Origin: Neolecta irregularis DAH-3
Lineage: Eukaryota
Direction: 5' to 3'
Length of the DNA: 52,506 nt
Assembly: GCA_001929475.1 (NCBI GenBank)
Contig: LXFE01000143.1
Span: 1-52,506, forward strand
Below the pieces are notes generated by a model. The model did not search any database. It was given only the letters and a program-made list of their open reading frames with translations, and had not been told where the DNA came from. Shown here piece after piece: positions 12,008-25,556 of the stretch (the first letter of the stretch is position 1; each line of letters opens with the position of its first letter). The position numbers and the translations under genes are program-made.

Positions 12008-13726
12008 CTAATCACGACCAACATTTCTTACTAATTGAATAAATTCATCCTCTTTGCCTAGATCCCATGGTCGAGGTTTAAACCGAAATATATTTAAAAC
12101 ATCCGCCTTGTCACCGTATAGTAAACCCTCCATCTTAGAAATCACACCTAGTAATGCTCGAAGGAGAAATCTGTCGCCTTCAAAGAAATAAATATCGCAA
12201 ATGCGAAATACGATGCCCAGGGGCGCATGGGCAGCGAATAATGAAAGTACAATAGGTTCGAGGTACAATTGTACGGGAAGCTCGAGGGCAATATGGAGAT
12301 GGCAATACAACTTTGGAAGTTTCTTTTGAAACCGATTTGAGAAAATGCGTGAAAAATTTTCGATCTGTTTGTCAGATATGTATTACTAGTACATACAGCT
12401 AGAGTATCGCATGTTAAAAGGGCGAGAGGGATTGGACGATTAAGGATGTTTGCCAAGGCGATGAATGCGAGTTGTCTGGGGATATTGAGTAATAGAATAG
12501 CTGCGATCAAATGAGCTCCGGGGACATATCCGATATCCTTTCGATAGAAAGCATATGCCTGATAATCAATCATTAATTTTGATAGACATACCATCAACAA
12601 ATCGGTTAGATCTTGCTTCAATGAGGTTTGAAAGATCTTTAGTCCAGGGAATGTTGCATTTACATCAAGATAAATCTGTTCAAACGTGGCGCGTGAATTC
12701 TCGTCTCTTCTGGGATTACACTTTTTCGCTCGATCGAGCGCAATTTGAAAGGTGTTTGGGCTCAAGGCTAAAGCATTTCCAATTGCTTTCTCCCAGACTT
12801 GACCGCGAACTATTGGAGGAAGCCCACTCCACCACAGCTCACGAACACCCTCGTCGTCGATACTAAAGTAAGCGTTGAGTAGAAGGAAAGTTACGCTGTA
12901 TCCCAGTTTGGTATCAAGGTTTTTTCCCACACTTTAGCAGTTTCAGCTAATGACCGTTCGCGTTCGATCCGTTCTATTATTTCTCGCTCCTTTTTTTCCT
13001 TTTCTGAAATTAATTAATTTTGATAAAGTAAGGCACACCAGCTCGAACAGCCTTCTTCATCATACGCTCATATTCCGCCAAGTGCTTTTGGTCTTCTTTC
13101 TTGCTTTTTGGAGGAAGCCAACTGGGTCGAGTTTTGCTCAAGATCTTTTGCTTTTCTTTGCTGATTGGCATTGGATCAATGACTATCTCGGAGGGTCTAG
13201 CGGGAAGTGATTGGGTCTTTCCCACCCGATAATGGGTGATTGTAAGAGATGTTTGGGCAGCAAGACGGGCAGTGATTTCTCTGGCATCTGGGCCAAGAGC
13301 TTTGTGGTACGTACGGGAATATTGAGATCTGATTTTTATGGGGCTGAGAGGGACGTTGTAGAATACTGTATCCTCTGGTACGTCGTCGTCGTCGTCGCAT
13401 TCTTGTTCAAGTTCTTTGATGGTCTTTCTGTGGGGTTTCAAACATGAAGATCCGCCAGTGCTTCTGCGTCTTTGCTCACGGAAGCCGCTGTGCAAATGAT
13501 CGGCAGAGGTTGTAGGCAGCGTATACATTGTGGAAGGGGTAATTTTGCGGGATCCTGCGAGCTGACGGCCCAAGAATGGCGTGCTGGCGGATTTGGGGAG
13601 TTTTCGTGGGTATACATCGTCGAGCTGGACGTCTTCAAAGTCGTCTCCAAAGTCCATTTTGCAAGAATGGGCCATGGACGAGCGGGAATGGGTGGACATT
13701 GTTTCTGCCTTGTCGTAGACGGCCAT
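12008..13726 (-). CDS. TBC-domain Rab GTPase-activating protein (TBC1D12/14-like, with Sbe2-like TRPSWLPPK motif); 4 introns
   Basis: LWWSGLPPIVRGQVW, IYLDVNATFP, YRKDIGYVPG, RICDIYFFEG. Confidence 0.8.
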
Positions 13727-14003
13727 TCTGGTGGTTGGTTGCTTATGTTGGGATGTATGCGCTTTTCTATATGCACAGACTGTATCGCAGTGTATGCGCA
13801 GTGAATGCCGTCTACTGCTGTCTGACCATTTCTAGGATGGTTCTATACCACATAATATACATGCATATACTGGAAAATATATATACTAGCTGTTCTGAGC
13901 CAATGTATGTATATATGTCTGCCCAAACTAAAGGCCAAGAGTGCGACGAAAGCGGCTGGCCCCAAACGCCATTGCTCTGTCCACTCAATTCCATTCTCCC
14001 GCT

Positions 14004-14305
14004 ATGCCGTCGCCCATTCTCACTCAGAAGCAAGCTGGCCAAAACATGCTCGATCTCAAACTGCGCCGCCTGCAGGAACTGAACGCGCGACTCGCTGAAG
14101 ACCTTGAGCGGCCCCGTATCCCCGTAAGCGAAGCCTGCCAATCGTAAGTAACCCGCTGCCTCAGTGCGAATTTGACCCCACCAGATTGCTCGCCCATGCA
14201 AAGTCAACAAAAGACCATATGGTGCCCTCTATCTGGGGTCCAATAGACAAGAAAGAAGATCCATATACCCTTCAGAGCACCGCGGGTTGCTGTGTCGCTA
14301 TGTAG
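14004..14305 (+). CDS. Heterotrimeric G-protein gamma subunit; 1 intron (14144-14184)
   Basis: LKLRRLQELNARLAEDLERPRIPVSEAC...DHMVPSIWG...CCVAM (CCAAX). Confidence 0.92.
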
Positions 14306-14434
14306 AATTGAGTTGCAGGGGCCAGAAATGTCCTGTATGCCATTTATATCTATCCTTTTGTTATTGTCTTCTTCATCTCAGCACGGTCAAATCGAGATTA
14401 CATTTCTTAGTTACTTTATTAATAAATGATTAGT

Positions 14435-17400
14435 TTAGTACCGGATCTTTTGAAAGACGTGCAGATTCCGGTAATGTACAGCTTTTACCAATATCCCCTT
14501 GTCGTCTTTAACAGACTGCTTTGACATTTCTCGTAACCATCTCAAAACGTCTATATAACGGCCCTTTTTGGCAAAAACATACAAGAAGGCATGATATCCC
14601 AACCTAGGGTTTAGGGGGTCGGCTCGTTGGAATATTTATACATACCATTTAATCCCTTCATTGGTAATAGAGCACTTGCAGTTTCGCGCCAACCCTCGGA
14701 TAATGGTACACTGAAAGTCCAGTATCTGAGATACCACGACTAGAAATAAGTCCATGATAAATATGATTCTCACACTTAATATACTCTCCCAGCGGCTTCG
14801 GGGAAAAGGAAATATATGCGTGTGTACGCATAGCCGCAAGAATGAGATTCTGAAAGATGTTTACAAGAACTGTATATCGCGAATTAAACTCTTCGTCGAA
14901 AAACATTGCGTTTCCCTTCAATCTCATCGAGCTACGGTAAACACAAACCAGTCAATTGGAAACATATACTTGAATATCTTTGACAAAATCGCGGTCCCTG
15001 GATTTTTGTTATATTCCACGGTCAACGTATCCTTGATATCTAAAGTGAACATTCGTCTTTACAAAGACTTACGAACACCATCGTACCGTGAATAGTCTTG
15101 TCGAACATCGAGCGTCTCCGTATTGAGAATATTCCCACAGTAAGGAAATTCTCGAGTCCCGACAAGTCGAGCAACTTTGTGATTATTAATCGTAATTTCA
15201 AAATTGACAAGAGATTTGTCTGGGTTGACAAAACAGCCGTATGCGGGGTTTCCAACAAGATCAGAACAAACCCCTCAAAAACAAGTACCGTCGTGCATGA
15301 TTTGGAGAAACTCTTGAGCATTGTTACGATCAGTCGTGATAAACAGAAAATCATCCACGATACGAATCAACACCTTCAATTTTAAATCAAGTTGACTAAA
15401 AGCACACTCACTCCACTCTGTTCCGTCAAAAATTTGATACAACGTCGCTCGAAATGGCCGTAGAAAAAGTTGCACAGGATAGTTGAAAGGACTGAGCCTT
15501 GGGGAATTCCCTGCACTTGTCTATAGTACCGCTTTCCAATCTACTGGTATCAGCCTAGATCTGGAAAATGGGCTACCTTGACCAGATTATTTGTAATATG
15601 CTGTGTTAATAAATTCAAAACCTCAGACTTCTCCATCAACCCGTAAACCACTCTGTCGACTAAAATCGAATGACGCATGGTATCATTGATAAGTTCATTG
15701 GCAAATTGTTCAAATTGCATCAATTCGAAAGATGGTCGGGCTTTGGTATAAAAGCGCCGGCGAGGACAGTCCAACTTGCAACAAACACTCGCATACTTTT
15801 GTAAAAGATATTCGTCTTCAGTCAACATCTCTTCAATAATCGCCAGCAATTGATCCTGCGAAATAGTATCAAAGCAAGCCTGAATATCTACCTTTGCGAA
15901 ATACAACTTTGGTCATAAAGGTAAGTGACAGAGGTGAGGAAACGCCTTACTTTGGGCGGGGACACTTTTTGAACGTTCTTAGCTTTTGATACATTTCTGT
16001 TGTAGAGAATGCAGAGGCTCCAAGGAGCGATGGGTCTCGTTGCTGCATTGTCAAGCAAGGCGCAATTATACCAGACCTTTTCAAACTGAAGGATGCTATG
16101 CACAGGCCCAAGCACAGAATTAATGCTCGACTGCAAATAAGTATGTGTAGATCCATTATCCCTAATTTCCTAGATCTGTAAGTCTTAATAGACAAAAGGG
16201 CGTTAACTGTTCTCAGTCCCCTTCTTCGGAGATTCATAATCGGCCGTACACCGGCTTCTTTAGGTAGTAAACGAATGAACGAGAAAGACAACTGTCTCCT
16301 CGCCAGAATCCTCGTTGCTTCAATCTACGTCAGCATGGAATACTCTAGGGAATATACCAATGGAACGTCCTGAAACATGGAATGCTTCAAATGATTCAAC
16401 GCTGGTTCCGAGATTTTTTTCCATAAATCATGTCGAAAATACAATACCCTATTTCGCGTCTTTGCGCATTCCGAAATGTAAAAGTGCGAACGGAGTAATG
16501 GAATCACAATGGAATCAAAAATCCAATAAATAAACTCTGCCAGAATTTCTTTACGTTTAGTGATATCCGAGTGGCAGGTTTTTTGGCAGAGTTGCATGGA
16601 CTTAGGAGATAACCAGGTCATTTCCTTGATCTGGAATTAAAGATGAACAATGGGTTCGTACCTTGATGTTTTGTAAAACTTGATGTAGGGAAAAGAGTTC
16701 ATAGCGTCGAAGACGAATAAAAGAGTCAATGTCTAAAGTTGAGAATTTTCGCCTGGGACAAATAGTACAAGACATTACAACCTGAAAATTTCGAGTACTA
16801 CCCCAAAAGGTCTTCGGGATAACGCGAGATATAGATGCTCGAATAAATGCAGATACCTCTTTATAAATAAAATATTGAAAACGATTACCTCGATATGCGA
16901 AGAATCAAGTTCCGTGAGACTCGATTTCTTTTTCGAGAGATATGCCAGTTGGCTAATAGCTATACTAGCTGCCTCGTTCGTAACGGTCAATGGAGCCTGA
17001 CTCATTGGCCATGAATCGTGTTCAATGATCTCCTCATGGAAATATTCGACAGACCCATCTAAGCGCTATAATAAGCAGCGCAAACGGCTCAAAACATACA
17101 GGAACAGGACAATAATATTTTACCATGGCAGAATAGGAACATCGCGAATGTAACTTGATCATACGCGAAACCACGTTTAAAAGATCCATCAATCTTGTTG
17201 GAATTTTGTATCCCTTTTGTCTTGCCGCGCTTAAGATTTCCTTGTCACGGACAGTATAATCTTGAAAAGGCTGAATTGTCTTCTTGCGATCAACAGTGCA
17301 AGTAAATACATTATGCAGTCCAAACTGTCGTGGAAACATGTACTGGAGGATAGTAGAGCAATGGTCAAGATCATCCGGGTTTTTATATCGATTAAAGATA

Positions 17401-18475
17401 TCTTTAGGTCAGGGCACAGATGAGGTGACTCCAGATACGTATTCGACGAAGACCGAACTGGACTTCATTTTTGATGTTGTAAGCTGGACGTGCGTAAAAT
17501 AAGCGAGATCGAACGAATTGAATAGCGTTGGGCGAGGAACTTTATAGGTTTAAAACACGATTCAAATGATTTGCATACGCGTGTGAAGAATTTAGACGAG
17601 GGTATTTAATTGGTTTTTCTGAGCACATCGAGTCCGAGTAGGCTCGTTTATGGTTCCTAGGAAGAGGTGGCCTTTTAAAATCTGGCACGGCGAGATCATC
17701 AAGGTCGATTTTTCTTTTTTTGTCAATTTTAGTGGGGATAGGAAGTGGTTTCAAATCACTCAACGGGGTTCCTATATATTTAGAAAAAGAATTACAAGAA
17801 CAGCGTCACCAGTCAACTGATAGTAATTATCCTTCTCGAGACGCACAAACAAACTAAAACTCAACAAAAGGAGATGCATCAATTCCTCTCCAATGCTATG
17901 CGTCAGTCTAGAGGAAATGTGTCAGAAACACATATGCAGCAAGTCTTGCCAGGTATCATTTCTGAGGGTACTGACATGTGAATTGGGGAATACGCTAACA
18001 AACTCGGCACCAGCAGGGCCAACTGCAGAAACAACGACGCGGTCGCTTCCCTGAGACTGTGAGTCTGGAAGGCAAAAGAAGAGGATACCCAGATGTATCC
18101 GTGCGTGAGAAGATTGTTTGGTTTTTCCTTGCGCTTGATTCCTTGTTTGAAGAGCATTCTAATTACTCGGTAAACTACCTGAATGTCAATGGGGATGGTG
18201 CAGAAGCATACATCTGTCTGTGATGCACTTGGAGGGGATGGAATGTGGTGTAGAGGTTGCGGCAGGGAGTTGCCATTCGAGCACACCAGGATGCCGTCTA
18301 ACAATTCGATTAGATGGAGATGCTCTTTAGGTAGATGTGAAGTGTCTTTCTGCGGAAAAGATACGCAAGGTAAAGCAAACTCGACGATGATCCTGAGTGG
18401 GACAACAGAGGAATAAAACCTCTTTAAAAGGGACAAGGCGGAGACGGGCTCGTATTGAGATGTAAAAGGTGGCAT
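14435..18475 (-). CDS. TERT: Telomerase reverse transcriptase, about 21 introns
   Basis: T motif FYISE...LYFRHDLW, motifs 1/2 IRLLPK...RPIMNL, motif A LYFAKVDIQACFDTI, B' GIPQGSVLS, C IRIVDDFL, D GNPAYGCFVNPDKS, MFPRQFGLHNVF. Confidence 0.95.
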
Positions 18476-19720
18476 GAAGATTGAGCTACATGAGCTGGAT
18501 TGTGAATCGAGTATCAAATTTCAAGGCCGAGTTCAAAGTATATACTGCGAATCAGGCTGGAAGTGGTTGGCGTTGCAAGGAATTGCTGAGTGTCGTGTCG
18601 TGAGGCATGTTAAACACTAGCAATTATCTCAAATGCGTATATATACATTTCATATCACTGTCGCTGGTAGAGGCTTGCAGCGATTGCCGCATTATGAAGT
18701 AGATATTATGCAAAACATTACTCGAGGGCTTTGTTAGGTCCAAGAGTTTCCCATTTTGTTTAGAGACGTATATCTTCATGCATTCTTGTTTGTGAGCAAG
18801 AAAAGAGAACACCGGAAGCAAATATAAACTCATATTTAGGATATCTATAAATCATAAATGAAAAGGAATGAGCTGTTTTGATAGTACTGAAATATGACAA
18901 AGTTTCCCTCTCAAGTATTACCAAAACCACCTTTCAATTTAAAGAGGGGACAATGGTTGTAAGGAAATTTCCAAATTACCCATAATTTGGATCCCTGTTA
19001 TTCATGATATTGTTTCCAGCACTAACAGAAGAATGGAATGGATCCTTCCTGTAGGCATAGGAATTCGATAGCTTGAACAAAATGAGATTATTCTTTATAC
19101 AAGGACTCTAGTGTTATATACCTTATGATAATATAAAATAGCTATATAATGTGATTACTGAAACATTCGGGCGGGTGGCCAACTGGTGTAATATTGTTTA
19201 AAGAGGCGCCTATATATCAGAGATTATTCATTTCATATGACTAATTTGTGCAAATGTCTCGAGAAAGGGTTATGCACAGCATACACAATGAGAGAAGTGT
19301 ACTTTTGGATGGTGGTTCGAGGTTGGGAAATGGATGTCGAGTGGGGGGCCAACCAGAATACCAAATATTCTAATACCATAATTAGCTACTCATCTCCATC
19401 TAGCACTCATCTTCCATTTACATATATTGACCAATTACCATGGTCATTCACCCACTAGAATTGTTTATCTGCATTTTGCATCATCTACTCTTAGCATTAT
19501 CGACCATAGTTGTGCATATACCCCAGCCCATCGTCTTCCTTTGTCATCTTCTATTTCTAGCATTCACCTACCATCTGCATCTACCATTCATCTACCATCT
19601 AATATACCATCTACCTCTAGCATTTTTCCAGCATTCACCTTCAAGCACTTAACCCGCATTTACCATCTGCCTCAAAATTTTATTCCATCAAATTCAAACG
19701 CATCTGCTCCTATTCTCCAA

Positions 19721-22272
19721 ATGCAAAGTGCCGGTTCACTGCAATCCCCACCGATACGGCCACCGCGACCAGCTCCGCCAGTTGCTGTTCCTGGAGCCTC
19801 CTCTTTGCGCGGCAATGCTCCTCCGACTCTGGACGATATTCTCCGCCGGTTCAACAGCCCCGCTCCCGCTTCTCCTACGCCTCCGCTAATCCCCGAACTC
19901 AACCTGGCCCCAGACTTCTCCGCCAAGCGGGCCTCCATTGCCGCTGCCCTGGCCCGCCCTCAAGCCTCTCGGAAATCGCTACTCTTTGATCCTGTCCTCC
20001 TCCCCCGCTTCCGCTTCCCCCCCGCAGGATCACTCGCCCCAGACTCACGCATCCCTCCTCGCCATCTTCACTCATCCAGTCAGTCGCCTTTGCAAGACCA
20101 CGAAGCAAAGAGACTAAAGAGGCGCGCTCATCTGATCCGAGAGCTTGTTGATACAGAAATCTCTTTTTGTCAGGACCTTGAGCTCATCGAGACTGTACTA
20201 CACCCTTCCCTCTCCTCTTAACCTACTACTCGTAGGTCTATAAACTCGGCGCCTCCGACTGCAAGCCTTTAAAGCAAGAGGATTCAGAAATCCTTTTTGC
20301 AAACTCCTCCAAAATCCTTCAGTTTTCAAGATCCCTCCTCCAACAATTACAACCCCAAGATCATTCAACCGAGCCCGACATCCTTACACTCAATATTGGT
20401 TTCATTTTTGGCAAAAATGTAGGTATTCCTTCTCTCGATAATGCTAATTTCTAGATGATGGATATTGAAAAAGTTTACTCCAAATACTGCAAACACCACG
20501 AACAATCAATAGAACGGCTACATAAACTGAAAGCTAATGAAGACGTTCGAAAGTGGTTAGAAGTCTGCAATCTCATTAGTCTTATCTGACATTAGATGTG
20601 TCAAGCCAATTCTGCGGGACGAACAACAGCCTGGGATCTCGACAGTCTATTAATCAAACCAGTCCAAAGAGTTCTCAAGTACCCTCTACTGCTGATGCAA
20701 ATTCTGGAAATTACCCACATCTCACATTCAGATTATGTGGCTTTAGATCTCGCAGCGAAAGAAATCACCCTAGTGGCAGATCGGATTAACGAGATTAAAA
20801 AGCGCAAAGATATTGTCGATAAAGTAGTTGGACGTCGTAAGACAGAAGCTGATGTAAACTTTCATCACACCTTGCGCTGACAACAAGTTTCGCCGCGGGC
20901 TCCACAAAAGCTTGTCTCGAAGAGCTGAAAAGGTAGTTTCTCTGTGACCCTCACAGACTAACCAGAGATCCGCCAAACAGTTGGATTAAGTCAAGCCCAT
21001 CAAGACCCAGTATATCTGGCGCTATCTCTTCGTTTTACCGCACAAATCGACCGACTACAAAATCTCATTCGTAACATCGAATCATGGATATCCAGCCTAA
21101 AAGATCATTTAGAGCAAGTCGTTGCATTCAGCATTGTCCTTGATGAATGGGTCAACCTCTCTCCGCTTAATGACCGAAAAATGCGATCAAGGTGGAAATC
21201 GTTTAGAATTATCGTCGACGATATGGTGACGACTCAACTATCCTCCCTGGTATATAACTGTGGTATTTCCTAGTTGACTCTCAGGGCGAATCGGTACATA
21301 ATGATGTCCTCGCACCCCTAGAAGTTCTTTACAGTCTTCACGAAGTCCCTGCTCATGTCATATCGAAGCATGACATCAAGTTTCTTGACCACAACCGCGC
21401 TAAAGCATTTCGGGGACGTGGTGAAGTAGCTGATAAAATATTAGAGGCATCGTCTGAAGATTATCTTGCATTACACGCCTCGTTGCTTGATGAGTTGCCA
21501 AAGTTCTTTGCATTGTCCCGGAGAATGGTCGATGTTTCAATAACCGAGTTTGCCATGGCACAAGCTAAATGGTATTGTGGATGGGCGGATCGTTTAAAGG
21601 ATGTATTTCCAGACGGTCGCGGTGCAAAATTTGTACTTAAAGAGATTTCAGAACATTTTCACAGAGAGTACAACATTGCCACACAGCAAATGAATGAGCT
21701 GGATCTTTTCAATAGTATTACACATTTACTTATCTACCCACTGATACCCAGAACCTCAACTAACTGCACCTCTATTTGCTTCTCCACTGACTCCGGCGCC
21801 ATCGATATCTACGGATGACGAAGAGCGTCGGTTCTTCCGTCTGCGTATGCGTCCGTCCGAGTCCCGCGAAAGACAACAGATTCGAGAAGATCTAGTTGAT
21901 TACCCAAAACTGTGCTCCATATCCAACTTAACACCTCGATTGTCGCCCTATTCAGCACACAAACCCCCGCGTTGCGCAAATTCGGAAGCAACAACCTCAT
22001 ATTCCAGCATTTCACAAGACTGCCTCAATTCGAGCACCTCTACTTGGGCTTCCCAATCCAGTCTCTTCCAAGCGACTTGTACCACAAAACACACAGGAAA
22101 TCCTATCCTTGACCGTGGCTTCCCCCATCTTAGCTTCACCACTGGCGAAGTATTCGATATCTACGCACGATCTGGCGATGGGTTCCTTCTCGCCCGCATC
22201 GCTGACTCGGAACAAGTTGGATGGATACCTGAGTGCGACTGTGTCATCTTGTCCAATTCCCAGGTCAATTGA
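19721..22272 (+). CDS. RhoGEF (DH)-BAR-SH3 protein (dynamin-binding protein/Gef3-like); 7 introns
   Basis: RAHLIRELVDTEISF, LDSLLIKPVQRVLKYPLLL, LLDELPKF (BAR), C-terminal SH3 LSFTTGE...GWIP; start codon inferred. Confidence 0.8.
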
Positions 22273-22462
22273 ACCTCTTCTTGTGAAGAATATCTATTCC
22301 TTTCTCAGGTTTTTACTGTACCATATGGAGTAATTCATTGCACAAGAGGGCAGTTAATAAACATAGAACTGTGCAAATATAACATAATATATCACTGCCT
22401 CTATGGGCAGATATCACCTGGATCCTCAACTATATGTGTAACTGTACTCCTAGCCAGATCAC

Positions 22463-23052
<590 letters not shown>

Positions 23053-23179
23053 CTGCTGACCCTGTGCTCTGTCCAAATTATGGGCATGGCAGCATCATGG
23101 GGCTGCTGGAGCAACAGGATATGTCATATGATAATTCATGTTAAACAGCCAGTGTTCTGTATTCTAATATAGCCCATTT

Positions 23180-24679
23180 TTATATCATTTTGAAACATGC
23201 CTTCCACATCCCTCCTGCAAGACCATTCCCTATAGAAAGTTTCTCGGCCAAAATACCAGATAAGTTCGCATCAGGCTGTGTGTGAAATAAACCAGCCTGA
23301 ATATACAACTCAAGTACTGCATGTGCTTCAACATCAGTGTATGTTTCGACAGGTATCAATGTAGTCCCATCAATACTGTTGGTCACCCTTTCATCAAAAT
23401 GCTCAAAAGGTGAAGCTTCTTCAGCACCAATAATATGGTTGAGAGTAATATTTTTCTTTGGTTTAGAGGATGTCGTTGCAATAACCGCGCCATTTTTCAG
23501 ATGTCAGAAAGATCTAAAAGAAATGCACTTACTAGCTTCTTGGAACCATTGAGATAGGAGATAAACCATGATGCTAGAGCGAAATCATGTGGATGAATAG
23601 ATTTCAAATCTGCGGTAAAATACTTCGAGGGCACTGACAGAGCGGAGAAATTATCCAAAGTCAAGAGAACACTCGGCCGGTTCTCTTGATTCAGCTGTTC
23701 CATTAATGCCTGTAGAACTTCATAAGAACAGAGAGGATCGCGAATACCGCAACCGATTAATCGAGTAAGGTCATCTCCGAGTTGAATTGTCTTGTTTTGT
23801 CCAAAACTATACGACCGCGTGCATTTAATCTATGCATCAGGATCGAGTGTGGAATTTGGAATACTCCGCCCAAGGCATCCAAATTGGCATCTTTCGTTCG
23901 TTCAAGGAGAGCCGCAGTAAACTGGTGTTGATGATATAACCCGGAATTTTTGTCCAGGGAATAACTTGTTGTATTGTCCACCAATTCAAGCCCTGTAATA
24001 ATGTTCCAATTAACAGGGAAAAAGAGGAATACCTCTAGGAACTGCAATAACTATCCAGTCGTTCATTAGAGCATGTACTTGCGCTTGCAGAAGTAAAACG
24101 CTTTTTCCTGAGCCAGCTGGCCCCGTCAATAAACAGCGTCTCATTTCACTGGAAGCCTTTCCATCCAATCTTTGGCACAAGTCAATCGTTTCATTGCGGA
24201 TCACAGGAGAAAATTGGTAAAAGTATTGAAAGCCTTGACAGGGATGAAACACTTGCAGAGTAGATAGCTTTGCAGTGATCGCAGCAGAAGAAGCCAGACA
24301 GGAACCGCAGAGACTCGAATTTGTCAAAGAATCTTTCAATAACTCCTCGATATCGAGATTCTTTGGCCGTGCTGAGAAAGAACTGGATATTGGATCACAG
24401 CCGAGAGTTGCTTTCAGTAATGACGTCGTCTGAAAGGCCATATCGACTGTTGTCTTGACTTTATTTCCACCGCTGCCCTTGTCTTTCTTTTTAGAGGGTC
24501 CGTATCCCGGCTTGCTTGCTTTTTTCTTTTCTGGATCCAGTCAGTATGAACGCAGTGTAGGCGGTTTGATTACTTGAAGCAACAGCCGGTCCTTTGGCAC
24601 AAACTCGACTTGCCGAGAGAGCTCTGGTGTATAGTTTCAGACTTTTTGAAGCCTGGAGCGATATGCGCCGCAGTTTCAT
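23180..24679 (-). CDS. RSM23: Mitochondrial small-subunit ribosomal protein mS29 (DAP3/Rsm23); 4 introns
   Basis: P-loop LTGPAGSGKSVLLLQ, WIVIAVP, VLLTLDNFS, IHPHDFALASWF; last intron needs a CTG acceptor. Confidence 0.85.
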
Positions 24680-24752
24680 TGGGCTGTATTCGAGATCTTT
24701 TCTGATGAGGCGGTTTAGAAAATCAAACTCCAACTTTCTTTTCTCTATGCCA

Positions 24753-25438
24753 ATGTCGGCTGCAGATTTGACCTCGGATATCTCCAAGTATAATGATGGC
24801 GGCGCATAAATTGACAAGATCAGATCAATCATAGTCGAAAAGCCAGTTCCACTGGACTATGATCTGGGAAATCTCGCAGCCTACGATATCAACCCGCTCC
24901 CCACACCAATAACCGAAGCTATACTCCATTCAACCGCTCGAGATGGTGCACAACTACTGATCAATCAGATCCTCTCACTTCCAATCACAGCTTTGCAGAA
25001 TGGAACATATGCCCAGCTCCCGGAACCGACTACGCAGCTGCCCAGAGAGAAGCCAGTATGAATATGAACTCTTGCGCCAGACTAATTTCAGTTACCCAAA
25101 GCCAAACCCCTGACGCGGTGGGAAAGGTTTGCCAAGATCAAGGGTATTCAACCAAAGAGCCGCAAGGATGGAAAGTTGGTATTTGACGAACCTTCGGGTG
25201 AATGGGTACCAAAATGGGGTTACAAGGGCACAAACAAAAAAGATGAACAAGAATGGCTGGTCGAGCTTAAAGAAAATGACGACGTTTCAACAGACCCTCG
25301 AACAACTATGAAAAAGGAACGTAAAGAGAAAGTTTTGAAAAATAAAAAACAGAAACAACGGAATGCAGACGAAGCGAACGGCATCAAATTTCCCACCAGC
25401 ACGGGCATTAAAATGGACAAGAGACATCCAAAGCGTTA
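24753..25438 (+). CDS. RRS1: Ribosome biogenesis regulatory protein; 2 introns
   Basis: YDLGNLAAYD, ARDGAQLLINQI, LPREKPLPK, TRWERFAKIKGI, WVPKWGY. Confidence 0.92.
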
Positions 25439-25556
25439 AGCTGTTGAGCAATTTGAGACCATGGTGTTTTTTTGTTTTTGGTGTAATAAAGAATATACAA
25501 ATATAACCAGATCAAGATTCTCCCAAATTTGACCTCGAGTGGTTGAATTTGTCTTG

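Noticed and set aside
14604-14618. Telomere-like ctagggtttagggg inside the last TERT intron
   Set aside because: It is the branch point and acceptor (cctaaaccctag) of that intron read on the other strand.
14435-18475. TERT as a pseudogene because of fragmented ORFs
   Set aside because: All catalytic motifs are intact and the fragments join through short introns.
19427-19720. N-terminal extension of the RhoGEF ORF with CATCTA-like repeats
   Set aside because: No in-frame ATG and low complexity; more likely 5' UTR.
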